Shown: positions 19,018 through 28,548 of the stretch, in pieces
How the letters are laid out: every line of letters begins with the position of its first letter
Position numbering within the stretch: position 1 is the first letter of the stretch
DNA from: a phage
Sequence record: PV805630.1
Length of the DNA stretch: 64,000 bases
Direction: 5' to 3' (one strand)
Position numbers and translations under genes: made by a program
The notes under the pieces: model-generated
What the model saw: only the letters and a program-made list of their open reading frames with translations
Told to the model about the DNA's origin: nothing
The model's database searches: none

Positions 19018-19969
19018 ATTAGTTAGCATAAAAGATAGAGTAACCCTGGATGACTATGATGAATTAATGCAATTAGCTAGTAAATATGACATGCAGGAAC
19101 AAGTGTCTGATTGCTTTAACTATGAGGGGGGTTGGTTGTTCTGTGGCCTCGATTTTGCATCCTTAGAGGATCGCATATCAGCCCTAACAACCAAAGACCC
19201 TAATAAATTGCGTGTATACACTGACGGGTTCGATGGACATTCACTCAGAGCTAAATTTTATTTCGGGGAACAAATGCCGGATATTGATGACTCTGTGGAA
19301 GGCATCAACTCTATACAGAAAAAATATAAGTCATTACGTAGTGAATCGAAAGCACCTACTTTCTTATTAACCTACGGAGGGACTTATATGGGCTTAATGA
19401 AAAACTGTGGTTTCTCTGAAGAGAAAGCTAAGTTAATCGAATCCAGATACCACGAAATGTATACAGTTAGTGATGCGTGGGTTCAGTCTAAGCTAGACGA
19501 AGCTGCCAAAACTGGTTATGTAACTGCTGCATTTGGTTTGAGAGTGCGTACTCCTTTACTGGCTCAGGTATTACGTGGGACATGTAAGACTCCATATGAA
19601 GCAGAAGCTGAAGGTAGGACTGCTGGTAATGCCTTGGGGCAAAGCTGGTGTCTACTTAATAACCGTGCTGGTTCAGAGTTTATGCGTAAAGTCAGAGCCA
19701 GTGAGTTCAGATTAGATATACGTCCTAGTATTCACATTCATGATGCTCAGTACTTCATGATTCGTGACAATATGGATACCTTGCAATTCACGAACAAGCA
19801 TTTGGTGGAAGCCGTTAACTGGCAAGACCATCCTGATATTGCTCATCCAGAAGTTGGTTTGGGTGGGGAACTATCCTTGTTCTACCCAACGTGGGCTAAC
19901 GAGATTGAGATTCCAAATCACGCTACCCCAGAAGAAGTTCATCAAATAATTCAAAAGGCATTCGCATGA
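18998..19969 (+). CDS. Family A DNA polymerase, C-terminal part (palm motifs A, B, C)
   Basis: Track ORF begins at TTG 18974; in-frame ATG at 18998 follows AGGAGAAGG. Motif A-like GGWLFCGLDFASLEDRI, motif B-like KAPTFLLTYGG, motif C-like IHIHDAQY. Confidence 0.6.
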   Translation: MQDLLNKLVSIKDRVTLDDYDELMQLASKYDMQEQVSDCFNYEGGWLFCGLDFASLEDRISALTTKDPNKLRVYTDGFDGHSLRAKFYFGEQMPDIDDSVEGINSIQKKYKSLRSESKAPTFLLTYGGTYMGLMKNCGFSEEKAKLIESRYHEMYTVSDAWVQSKLDEAAKTGYVTAAFGLRVRTPLLAQVLRGTCKTPYEAEAEGRTAGNALGQSWCLLNNRAGSEFMRKVRASEFRLDIRPSIHIHDAQYFMIRDNMDTLQFTNKHLVEAVNWQDHPDIAHPEVGLGGELSLFYPTWANEIEIPNHATPEEVHQIIQKAFA

Positions 19970-20271
19970 CTAAAAGTACTAAAGAAACCGTCGTCAAAAA
20001 ATATCATTGGATGGTGGCAGCACAGGTAATCTTCCAGCTTCCTAAAGCCGATGATGGTTCCCTGCTTACCATGAACACAATGCTGCTCACTACTGAACCT
20101 TATGTGACCTATAAAGATATGGCTCGTGCCAATCATTCCCTGAAAATTAGTCTGGACCAGCGTTTCGATACCTCAGTTGACCTGAAAGACATTGTTTATC
20201 TGTCTCTTAGCAACCTGGGTCTGATGTCTGAACCAGAGTTCCAGGCAAACATGATTCCCAAGGGGGAATAA
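19966..20271 (+). CDS. Hypothetical protein
   Basis: 101-aa ORF, ATGA overlap with the polymerase stop. Confidence 0.3.
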   Translation: MTKSTKETVVKKYHWMVAAQVIFQLPKADDGSLLTMNTMLLTTEPYVTYKDMARANHSLKISLDQRFDTSVDLKDIVYLSLSNLGLMSEPEFQANMIPKGE

Positions 20272-20555
20272 TGACTAAGCTCTCCGGTGGCCTTAATAAC
20301 TACTATGTAGTTTTGATTAAGAATCCCCAACGGAAAGAGCAAGAGCCATACCAAGCAGAGTGTGAGGATATTATCCAAGCATTGGGCATGACCTTCGATG
20401 AAGGTTGTGCCTTTAAAGCTCTATGGCGAAATGCTGCTGCCCGTATGGGTAATGGTAAACCAGGTAACTCTTCGGTGTACGACTCAGAGAAGATTGTGCA
20501 CTATGCCAATCGAATATTGAAAAAGGCTTATAATGAAGATAACCAACAATCATGA
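20271..20555 (+). CDS. Hypothetical protein
   Basis: 94-aa ORF. Confidence 0.3.
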   Translation: MTKLSGGLNNYYVVLIKNPQRKEQEPYQAECEDIIQALGMTFDEGCAFKALWRNAAARMGNGKPGNSSVYDSEKIVHYANRILKKAYNEDNQQS

Positions 20556-21513
20556 TGTCTCACTGGCGCTGGCTGTTTGGCTTGTTACAGATGATTATGA
20601 TTATGTAGACAATCCTAAGTACCTGTCTGCTACTACATTGCTTAAGCCTATTAAGCAAATCGTCATGAAGCATCGTGTAGATTTTAGTGACCAGTCTATT
20701 GATGTTATGGATTTTGTTTCCACATCAATGGGTACTGGCTTACATGATTCTATCGAGAAAGCCTGGAAGCTAGGTCATAAGACTGCATTGAAGAAGCTAG
20801 GTTATCCTCAGCGAGTAATTGATGCAGTAGTCATTAACCCAACCAAAGAAGACTTTGCTGCTAACCCTGACCTTATCCCAATCTACATTGAACAGCGTGG
20901 AACCAAGCAGGTTAAGGGATGGACTATTGGTGGTAAATTCGACATCGTAACGGAAGGTCTGTTGCAAGACTTCAAGTCTACCTCAACCTATTCCTGGGTT
21001 GCTGGTTCCCGTGATGATGAACACAAGATGCAAGGCAGCTTGTACCGTTGGATTCACAACGACATCATTACTGAGGATGTAATTCGTATTAACTACATCT
21101 TCACCGACTTCATGAAACACATGGCTAACAGCAATCCGAACTATCCTGCTAATCGCATTATGCATAAGGATATTCCGTTACTGTCTGTCGAGAAGACTGA
21201 GCGTTGGGTGGAAGAGAAAATTCACTTAATCGAAAAGTACTGGGATGCACCTGAAGAGGAAATCCCTGAATGTACTGACGAGGAGTTGTGGCGAACAGAG
21301 CCACAGTTCAAATACTTCTCTGATGCTTCTAAGGTAGATGTACCTGGGGCCAGAAGTACCAAAAACTTTGGCGATATGGCATCTGCCCGTATCTTCATGG
21401 CTGAAAAAGGTGGCAAGGGTGCTATCAAGGTTGTGGAGGGGCAGGTTAAACGCTGTTTATATTGCCCTGTCGCATCCATTTGCAAACAAAAAGAGAGATA
21501 TTTTCCATCATGA
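20533..21513 (+). CDS. PD-(D/E)XK nuclease with C-terminal Cys cluster (Cas4/RecB-like)
   Basis: D-x(n)-D-x-K arrangement (GKFDIVTEGLLQDFKS) and a C-terminal CxxCx5C (RCLYCPVASIC) with an upstream Cys, as in Fe-S RecB/Cas4-type nucleases. Confidence 0.45.
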   Translation: MKITNNHDVSLALAVWLVTDDYDYVDNPKYLSATTLLKPIKQIVMKHRVDFSDQSIDVMDFVSTSMGTGLHDSIEKAWKLGHKTALKKLGYPQRVIDAVVINPTKEDFAANPDLIPIYIEQRGTKQVKGWTIGGKFDIVTEGLLQDFKSTSTYSWVAGSRDDEHKMQGSLYRWIHNDIITEDVIRINYIFTDFMKHMANSNPNYPANRIMHKDIPLLSVEKTERWVEEKIHLIEKYWDAPEEEIPECTDEELWRTEPQFKYFSDASKVDVPGARSTKNFGDMASARIFMAEKGGKGAIKVVEGQVKRCLYCPVASICKQKERYFPS

Positions 21514-23663
21514 GTATTGACCTTACCGGAGTAGTGCACCATCCAGCGATTGAAGAAATCGTAGATGTGCTCTGCAATAAAACCCAGAATAACGACCGGG
21601 GATTCTTCCGTGTCGAAGTAGCCTACTTCTTGGCTAAAATGGCATCCTGCATGGGTGCAACCATCGTAACTAAAGACCGTGGTGACCTGCCGGTAAACAT
21701 CTACGCTATGGCGTTGGCTACATCTGGTTTCGGTAAAGGTCACTCGGTAAATATCATTGAAGACGGGTTCATGACTGGCTTCCGTAAACGTTTTATGGAA
21801 GACACCATGCCCGTCATTGCAAATGACCGTTTATGGAAGATTGCTAACGAACGTGCTGCTCGTCAAGGTACGGACCAGAATGATGAATTCGATAAAGTTG
21901 AGGCAGAGTATAAGCGTGCTGGGGCATTCCCATTCACGTTCGACTCTGGTACAGCACCTGCTGTAAAACAACTTCGTCACAAACTGCTTATGGCTGGTTG
22001 TGGTGCTATTAACTTACAGATTGATGAGATTGGTTCCAACCTCATTGCCAACGTTGAAGTACTTAACCTGTTCCTTGAGTTGTATGACCAGGGGAAAGTA
22101 AAACAGAAGTTAACCAAGAACACTGCTGAAAGTATTCGTGGTGAAGAACTGGATGGTAAGACTCCTGCTAACCTGCTGCTGTTCGGTACTCCGAGTAAGC
22201 TGCTGGATGGTGGTCAGACCGAAGACCAGTTCTATGACTTCCTCGATACAGGATATGCACGTCGTTGTCTGTTTGCCATTGGACACTTAGACAAGCGAGC
22301 ACATGCAACGATGACTCCGGAAGAAATCTACCATAACCTGATTAAGCAGGATAACGTTCAGTCTCTTGGTAAGTGGGCCAACCACTTCCATAGTCTGGCT
22401 GACCCAAACCTGTTTGGCTTTAAGATGATTGTGGAAGATGCAGTGGGTATTGCTCTGATTGCTTACAAAATTGATTGTGAGAAACAAGCAGAAGCTATGG
22501 CTGACCACGAAGAAATTCGTAAGGCTGAAATCTCCCATCGTTACTTCAAGGCTCTTAAGCTGGCAGGTGCATTGGCGTTTGTTGACCAGAGTTCATTCAT
22601 TGAGATGTCTCACCTTAAACAAGCAATCCTGCTCGTAGAAGAATCTGGGGCAGCATTCCAGGGTATTCTCAATCGTGAGAAAGCCTATGTGAAGCTGGCT
22701 AAGTACATTGCCTCCGTAGGCAAAGAGGTTACTCATGCTGACTTGCTGGAGTCGTTACCATTCTATAAGAGTGGTAATGCAGCTCGTAATGAGATGATGA
22801 CTCTTGCTACAGCATGGGGTTACAAACAGCACATCATTATTAAGAAGACCTTCAATGAGGGTATTGAGTTCTTCCGTGGCGAGACTCTGAAAGAGACTGA
22901 CACCAATGAGATGATAGTGGCTTATAGTGATAGCTTTGCTTATGACTATGTTGGTGAACGTGTACCGTTTGACCAGCTACATGTATTAACCCAAGCTCCC
23001 GGTATGCACTGGGTGAACCATCACATGAAGAATGGGCATCGTTCTGAAGAGAACGTTATTCCAGGATTTAACATGATTGTTATTGATTGTGATGGTGGAG
23101 TACCACTGCATACGTGCCATGAACTGATGAAGGAATATAAGTTCATGACCTATACCACTAAGCGTCATACCGATGAAGAGAACCGCTTCCGTCTGATTAT
23201 TCCAATGAATTATGAGTTACACCTCGACACTGAGGAATACAAAGAGTTCATGAATAACGTTATGGCTTGGCTACCATTCGAAACGGATGAATCTGCTAAC
23301 CAACGAGCTAAGAAGTGGATGTCCTGTGAGACTGGTTCATATCATTACAACCTTGATGCGAATCTGTTGGATGTACGTGACTTTATTCCTCGTACCAGTA
23401 AGAACGAGCAGTTCCAGAACCAGATGAAGGAAGTACAGTCGTTAGACAATCTGGAGCGTTGGTTCGCTGGTCGTATTGCCTCCGGTAATCGTAATAATCA
23501 AATGATTAAGTACGCACTGGCATTAGTAGACAGTGGTTGGGACTTTGCTCAGGTACAGCAAGCCGTCTACACATTCAATAAGAAACTGGCTAATCCATTG
23601 CCAGATGATGAATTGAATTCAACCGTAATGGTCACCGTAGCTAAACGCTTCGCTGGCAAGTAA
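21510..23663 (+). CDS. Primase-like replication protein (putative; acidic DxD motif)
   Basis: Track ORF starts at TTG 21462; in-frame ATG at 21510 overlaps the upstream stop. Large protein with MIVIDCDGG (primase-polymerase-like) and a P-loop-like SGFGKGHS; functional call is weak. Confidence 0.35.
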   Translation: MSIDLTGVVHHPAIEEIVDVLCNKTQNNDRGFFRVEVAYFLAKMASCMGATIVTKDRGDLPVNIYAMALATSGFGKGHSVNIIEDGFMTGFRKRFMEDTMPVIANDRLWKIANERAARQGTDQNDEFDKVEAEYKRAGAFPFTFDSGTAPAVKQLRHKLLMAGCGAINLQIDEIGSNLIANVEVLNLFLELYDQGKVKQKLTKNTAESIRGEELDGKTPANLLLFGTPSKLLDGGQTEDQFYDFLDTGYARRCLFAIGHLDKRAHATMTPEEIYHNLIKQDNVQSLGKWANHFHSLADPNLFGFKMIVEDAVGIALIAYKIDCEKQAEAMADHEEIRKAEISHRYFKALKLAGALAFVDQSSFIEMSHLKQAILLVEESGAAFQGILNREKAYVKLAKYIASVGKEVTHADLLESLPFYKSGNAARNEMMTLATAWGYKQHIIIKKTFNEGIEFFRGETLKETDTNEMIVAYSDSFAYDYVGERVPFDQLHVLTQAPGMHWVNHHMKNGHRSEENVIPGFNMIVIDCDGGVPLHTCHELMKEYKFMTYTTKRHTDEENRFRLIIPMNYELHLDTEEYKEFMNNVMAWLPFETDESANQRAKKWMSCETGSYHYNLDANLLDVRDFIPRTSKNEQFQNQMKEVQSLDNLERWFAGRIASGNRNNQMIKYALALVDSGWDFAQVQQAVYTFNKKLANPLPDDELNSTVMVTVAKRFAGK

Positions 23664-23719
23664 GCAAACAGGAGTCTTTCTTTGGTTTGAAGGACTCCTA
23701 AACTAAACGAGGAAAAATA

Positions 23720-24472
23720 ATGTCCGAAGAAATCTCCAATGATATGAACACTCAGCTAATCCTGATTGCAGGATTCTCAGCGAGTGGTAAATCAGCATCA
23801 CTGCGTAATATCCGGAACCAGGAACGCTGGCTGTATCTGAATACAGAAGCAGGTAAGCGTCTACCTTTCCGTAATAAGTTCAACACCTACAACATCGAAG
23901 ACCCATATCAGATTTGGGAAGCATTTGATGTTGCATCTCCAGGTGGTGAAATGGCAGACGATGTTGATGGTATCATTATTGACTCTGCTACCTTCATGAT
24001 GGACATGCTGGAATCTCAGTATGTATTGCCATCTGCTAATACCCAGAAAGCCTGGGGAGACTTTGCACAGTTCTTTAAAATACTGCTGCAACAGAAAGTC
24101 GTTAAGTTTGGTAAGCCAGTAATTATTACTGCCCATGCCAAAGATGAACTTGACGAAGCTGCTGGTGTGATGAAAACATTCATCCCGGTTAAGGGTTCAC
24201 TGAAAAATAATGGCCTTGAGGCTTATTTCTCTACAGTAGTTTACGCAGAACGTGTAGACATTAAAGAACTGGAGAAGTACGGCAACAAGATGCTTGATAT
24301 TACGGAAGAAGAACGTGACTTAGGCTATAAGCACGTATTCCAGACTCGTCCAACCAAGAAGTCTGTTGGTAAACGACTTCGCTCACCAATGGGTATGTTT
24401 GATAAGTCGCAGACTTATATTGATAATGATGCCCAAAAACTCTTAGACCATCTGGCTGAATACTACGCTTAA
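23720..24472 (+). CDS. P-loop ATPase (RecA/Sak4-like)
   Basis: Walker A GFSASGKSAS near the N-terminus; 250 aa; GAGGAAA RBS. Confidence 0.4.
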   Translation: MSEEISNDMNTQLILIAGFSASGKSASLRNIRNQERWLYLNTEAGKRLPFRNKFNTYNIEDPYQIWEAFDVASPGGEMADDVDGIIIDSATFMMDMLESQYVLPSANTQKAWGDFAQFFKILLQQKVVKFGKPVIITAHAKDELDEAAGVMKTFIPVKGSLKNNGLEAYFSTVVYAERVDIKELEKYGNKMLDITEEERDLGYKHVFQTRPTKKSVGKRLRSPMGMFDKSQTYIDNDAQKLLDHLAEYYA

Positions 24473-24512
24473 GCGTTTGCCTGGTTGTTAATCACTTATT
24501 AGGAAAAATATT

Positions 24513-25316
24513 ATGTCACTGTTCAGTAACTTGAAAGAAAAGACCAAAAACGTTGAAGCTGTAAAAGACTCCCTTGGTGGTGGTGGCTTCGGTGCTAAAG
24601 AATCCGATATCTACACCGGTACTGTAAAAGTAGCATATGTAGGTAAAGCTGACTCTGGTGCAGACTGGATGCAGTTAATCATTGAAAACCTGAAAGGTTC
24701 TGACGGCAATGATGCTGGTGAGTTCCGTGCTCAGGTGTACTTTACTTCTGGTAATGCTAAAGGCAATAAGCCAACTTACGAGAAGAATGGTAAAGAGTAC
24801 TTCCTGCCTGGTTACACTGTCATTAATGACATGATGCTGATGGCTACTGGTTGTGAACTGCCAGATGCAGACTTCGAAGAGAAGATTGTTAAAGTCTATG
24901 ACTTCGATCTGAAAGCTGAAACCAATAAATCTGTCATGGTTCCAGTTGACCTGGTTGGTCAGACTGTTACCTTCGCTCTGGAAAAGGTTCTGGAAGCTAA
25001 GCAGGTTAAAGGTGACAACGGTTACGTTGACTCCGGTGAAACCCGTGAAGTAAACGAGATTCAGAAAGTGTTTCATCCGGAACTGCTGGTCACAGTCGTC
25101 GAGGCTCAGGAAGCAGAGAAGGCTGAGAAAGAACTGACCCCAGAACTGGCTGTATTCTATGGAGCATGGCTGGAAAAGAACAAAGGTAAAACCCGTGATA
25201 AGACCAAGGGTTCTGCTGGTGGTAATGGTAAAGGTGGCTTGCCTCCTAAACCAGGTGCAGGTGCTGGCACGGGTACTACTCCAGCTGGTGGTAAATCTCT
25301 GTTCGGTAAGCGTTAA
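24513..25316 (+). CDS. Putative single-stranded DNA-binding protein (N4 SSB-like position and size)
   Basis: 267 aa with a Gly/Pro-rich flexible C-terminal tail; assignment by position and size (N4 SSB is about 265 aa). No canonical OB-fold motif recognised. Confidence 0.35.
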   Translation: MSLFSNLKEKTKNVEAVKDSLGGGGFGAKESDIYTGTVKVAYVGKADSGADWMQLIIENLKGSDGNDAGEFRAQVYFTSGNAKGNKPTYEKNGKEYFLPGYTVINDMMLMATGCELPDADFEEKIVKVYDFDLKAETNKSVMVPVDLVGQTVTFALEKVLEAKQVKGDNGYVDSGETREVNEIQKVFHPELLVTVVEAQEAEKAEKELTPELAVFYGAWLEKNKGKTRDKTKGSAGGNGKGGLPPKPGAGAGTGTTPAGGKSLFGKR

Positions 25317-25870
25317 TGAAAATCCCAATTGTCGGTGCAGACATTAGCCTCCGCAATTGGGGATTAGCTCGTGGGATGCTGGACATTGAGTCCGGCGTCT
25401 TCGAGCAGGTCGAACTTAAACTGGTTCAAACTGAAGTTGACCACAACAAACAAGTTCGAACCAACTCCAAAGATATACAAGCTGCCCATGATTTGTTTCT
25501 TGGTTGTGAGGAATGGTTACGGTCTGCTAAAGCAGTATTCGTAGAAGTACCAGTAGGCTCTCAGTCTGCTAATGGAATGAAGTCCTATGGTGTATGCGTA
25601 GGATTAATTGGTGCATTCCGTGCATTGGGTTGTCCAATCTTTGAAGTATCCCCAATTGAAAACAAACTTGCACTGGTCGGCGATAAAACTGCATCAAAAG
25701 ACACGATGATTCGTGCTGCTCATGCCATCTATCCTGAAGCCAACTGGCTCACGGATAGTAAAGGTAAACTTCTGAATAAGAATGAGCACTTAGCTGATGC
25801 AATCGGTGCAATCCACGCTGGTGTAAATCTCCCAGCTTTCCAGAATCTCATTAAATTAATAAAGGCATAA
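25316..25870 (+). CDS. RuvC-like Holliday junction resolvase
   Basis: N-terminal MKIPIVGADISLRNWG, central VFVEVPVGSQSANG ... FEVSPIENK, and C-terminal HLADAIGAIHAG follow the RuvC pattern. Confidence 0.55.
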   Translation: MKIPIVGADISLRNWGLARGMLDIESGVFEQVELKLVQTEVDHNKQVRTNSKDIQAAHDLFLGCEEWLRSAKAVFVEVPVGSQSANGMKSYGVCVGLIGAFRALGCPIFEVSPIENKLALVGDKTASKDTMIRAAHAIYPEANWLTDSKGKLLNKNEHLADAIGAIHAGVNLPAFQNLIKLIKA

Positions 25871-25871
25871 T

Positions 25872-26321
25872 ATGCAAATCGTTCTGAACCAGTCTGAAGT
25901 AGAAGCTGCTATTGAAGCTTATGTAAATGAACAGGTTAATCTTGCCGGGGACATTAATATCCTGGTGAATGCAGATGGTACTGCCACCATTGGCATCAAT
26001 GAAGAGGCCGGTCATAGTGATGACACTCCCCCCGTGGTAGAGAAGAGGACTCGTCGTTCTCGTAAGAATCCACAAGAAGCCAAACACCGTCCGGTAGAAC
26101 CAGAACCAGTTGTTGGGGATGAAACTGAAGAAGAGGTAAAGGAAGAAGAAACCCAGACCTCTACTGGTGGTGTGAACGAGAGTTCTACGCCGGAACCTGA
26201 AGAAGCAGTAGCTGAACCAGAAGCACAAGAAGAAGTTGTGCAGGAGGAAGTTAAGGCAGAAGAACCAGCAGAGAAACCTGCTGCGAAGCCTTCACTGTTC
26301 GCTGGCCTAAAACGTAGTTAA
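25872..26321 (+). CDS. Acidic hypothetical protein
   Basis: 149 aa with a Glu-rich low-complexity C-terminal half. Confidence 0.3.
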   Translation: MQIVLNQSEVEAAIEAYVNEQVNLAGDINILVNADGTATIGINEEAGHSDDTPPVVEKRTRRSRKNPQEAKHRPVEPEPVVGDETEEEVKEEETQTSTGGVNESSTPEPEEAVAEPEAQEEVVQEEVKAEEPAEKPAAKPSLFAGLKRS

Positions 26322-26552
26322 TCTGGTAGGTGGCTCAGAAGCTGCTGCTAGGTGTGGTAGTGTTTATAGTCCTGATGTTACTACTGGTCAGGATTATAGA
26401 CGTGTCGGCTCCATACATAGCTTTTATCATCACTGTCATTATCCTGTGGAAATGCAGTGGTAAACACGGTGGTGACAAGCCGCCAGAATAACAACAACCG
26501 AACCAGTGGATTGGAATACTCTCCCCAGTCCATTGGTTCAACCGAGGTTGAT

Positions 26553-26723
26553 ATGAACAAATTTACTATTCACTGGCTCAATGGAAAGGTTAGTTCTTTC
26601 ATGGGTGGGGAACCTGCTGAAGGAAACAAAGCATTCCACATTGATTCAGAAGGCTGCAAAATCTTAATACCTTATGCTTGGTATAAAGGTGGTGAAGTTG
26701 AAGCATTGAAAAAGAGTAGTTAA
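26553..26723 (+). CDS. Small hypothetical protein
   Basis: Track ORF starts at GTG 26457; in-frame ATG at 26553 follows GAGG. 56 aa. Confidence 0.2.
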   Translation: MNKFTIHWLNGKVSSFMGGEPAEGNKAFHIDSEGCKILIPYAWYKGGEVEALKKSS

Positions 26724-26759
26724 TATCGTGAAGGGTTCTGTTAGAATCCTTTGAGATAG

Positions 26760-27850
26760 GAACTCCTATCATAACCTTTCTTAACTTAATCTTTGCCGTA
26801 TGGCACTGACGCTAGGGGTGGCCCCCCATCCGTCAGACAGACTATTTTAAGAACCGGTTATCTCAGAAAATGTAAAGCAACATTCGGGTTAATCAATGGC
26901 CTCTCCTATAGGGGCCATTTCTGAATCTTAGGCTATATCCCAAAGGTTAGTATCTTTGGGATAAGGCTTCAGATCCCTTATCAAACTAACTGCTCAATGT
27001 TGAGTATATTAATTAACCCAGCCCACTAAGGGGGCAGGAGTTTAATGCCGGTAAGCATAAGCCCATCCGCCTACAACATCGAACTGTTAGATCTTACATG
27101 CAACATAGGGTAATGGGAGGATTCGTCCCCTCCCTCCTATTATGAACCAATTCGTGAGAACTCTTATCTTGGCTACCGGGAAAGGAGTGAAAAATGTTCG
27201 TAAACTACTCCCCAATTAGGTTCAACTCCTAAGCCAGGGTAAGTGTTCTCACTAATTGGAAAAATTAAGACGGGTCTGGTGAAGTAGATGGGGTTCGATT
27301 CCCTCCGGTGGAGTAATCCACTAGCGTGCTTGGTGTACGAATAAGACTTAGTACTGGTGGTTCGATTCCATCCCCCGTTACCCGAAGTCGCCAGGTACTT
27401 ATGGCAAACAACGAGGTAGTAACGAACTAGTCATTCGTCAAACGCCCACCCAATTATGAGTCAGCAAGAACGCCTTCACTTAAACTTAAACAAAAAAGCT
27501 TAACGCAATAATTATGTAGGGGTATGTAAGGATTGCGAAGAAGGAGCCAGTTAGAGCCTGGCATGACTCACCCATTTAGCAGTAACATAGTCCTGATTGC
27601 ATAGCACTCTAAAGACAACACTGGTAAGACAGTCCAGTGGCTGCTAATGTACTGTTATTCCCCTCGACGGGAATTTCGCTAGTGAAGGTAACACTTAAAA
27701 ATCCAAACCTACGTCTTACTGCTATCGGGCTATCAACCCACGGTCGCTTAACCCACTAGTGGTAGTAGTTTGACGGCCTACCTCGTTGACTGCGTTAAAG
27801 TCACTAAGTCCCTCGGAGCCGTCACTCTGGGGGACTTTTTTATTTGAGAA
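26760..27850 (+). other. ORF-poor, hairpin-rich non-coding region at the middle/late junction (possible ncRNA, tRNA remnants or origin)
   Basis: About 1.1 kb with no convincing ORF. Perfect 10-bp hairpin at about 26934-26965 (tatcccaaag / ctttgggata), further hairpins near 26807-26836 and 26895-26920, and two copies of ggttcgattcc at 27292-27302 and 27359-27369. Confidence 0.4.
27808..27843 (+). terminator. Rho-independent terminator closing the structured non-coding region
   Basis: GC-rich stem gtccctc / gggggac followed by tttttttat. Confidence 0.45.
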
Positions 27851-28274
27851 CTACTTATTGGACGATTCATATGATTGACCTAATCTTAACCCCGTATGCC
27901 TATGAGGTAACGGATAACCGAGGACGTAAGTCTCTGGTATTTGCAGGTAGCGTAGCCTATAACAACGCAGTCATGTTTAAATACAAACTTAAACCACTCT
28001 ATGAGGCTAACAATGGAATTTGATGATTTAGATTTTGAAGCTATTGAAAAGGCGAACCGGGAGAAACTGGAACAAGCTAATCGTGAAGCTGAAGAGTTAG
28101 AAAACGCTAAAGGTAACAATGATTGCACGAGTGGTGGTTGCACCATTTAACAAACAAGTGTAAGGTGGTTTTTACCGAAAGGTACTAAACTACCCGACAT
28201 GTAGTAAGGCTCATGAAGCCAAAACAAAACAAGCCCTCTTAGTGAGGGCTTTTCCATATCTGTAGGAAACTATT

Positions 28275-28505
28275 ATGACGCAAGTATCTATTACCTCTGT
28301 TGTTCGTGAAGCCATTCTCAATAATACCGTCCGTACATATTCATTCGATGAAATCGCAGAGAAGCTAGGAGTAACCCGTTACGTGGCTAAGAAACTCTAC
28401 TTCACTTTCCTGTGGTTCCCTACGGAAGAAACATTACGGAAGATTAAAGAGACTGGTAAATTTCCAAGTGAAGGACGTAAGCCTAAAATGTGGAAAACAC
28501 CCTAA
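28275..28505 (+). CDS. Small helix-turn-helix protein at the middle/late junction
   Basis: 76 aa with AGGAAA RBS; HTH-like segment SFDEIAEKLGVTRYVAKK; lies between the structured region and the bidirectional terminator before the vRNAP gene. Confidence 0.35.
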   Translation: MTQVSITSVVREAILNNTVRTYSFDEIAEKLGVTRYVAKKLYFTFLWFPTEETLRKIKETGKFPSEGRKPKMWKTP

Positions 28506-28516
28506 CTTCTAAAAGC

Positions 28517-28548
28517 AAAGCCCCTCTTTTGAGGGGCTTTCTCATTTT
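28517..28548. terminator. Bidirectional terminator between the plus-strand block and the vRNAP gene
   Basis: Perfect 10-bp stem aaagcccctc / gaggggcttt with tttt loop, A-run on one side and T-run on the other; sits between convergent genes. Confidence 0.6.

Noticed and set aside
18284-19130. Calling the polymerase interruption a group I intron outright
   Set aside because: No intron core could be verified by eye, and the C-terminal part has its own strong RBS and ATG. Both split-gene and intron explanations are kept in the finding; only the endonuclease ORF is annotated.
27287-27380. The two ggttcgattcc motifs as T-arms of canonical tRNA genes
   Set aside because: The motifs are 67 nt apart, too close for two tandem tRNAs, and I could not pair a 7-bp acceptor stem for either copy. 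The only pairing found (gatgggg with ccccgtt) gives a 94-nt molecule without a convincing D-arm. Kept as a structured-RNA finding rather than a tRNA call.
27886-28146. 86-aa minus-strand track ORF in the junction region
   Set aside because: Low-complexity Ser/Leu-rich translation with no RBS; two short plus-strand ATG ORFs over the same DNA are more plausible.
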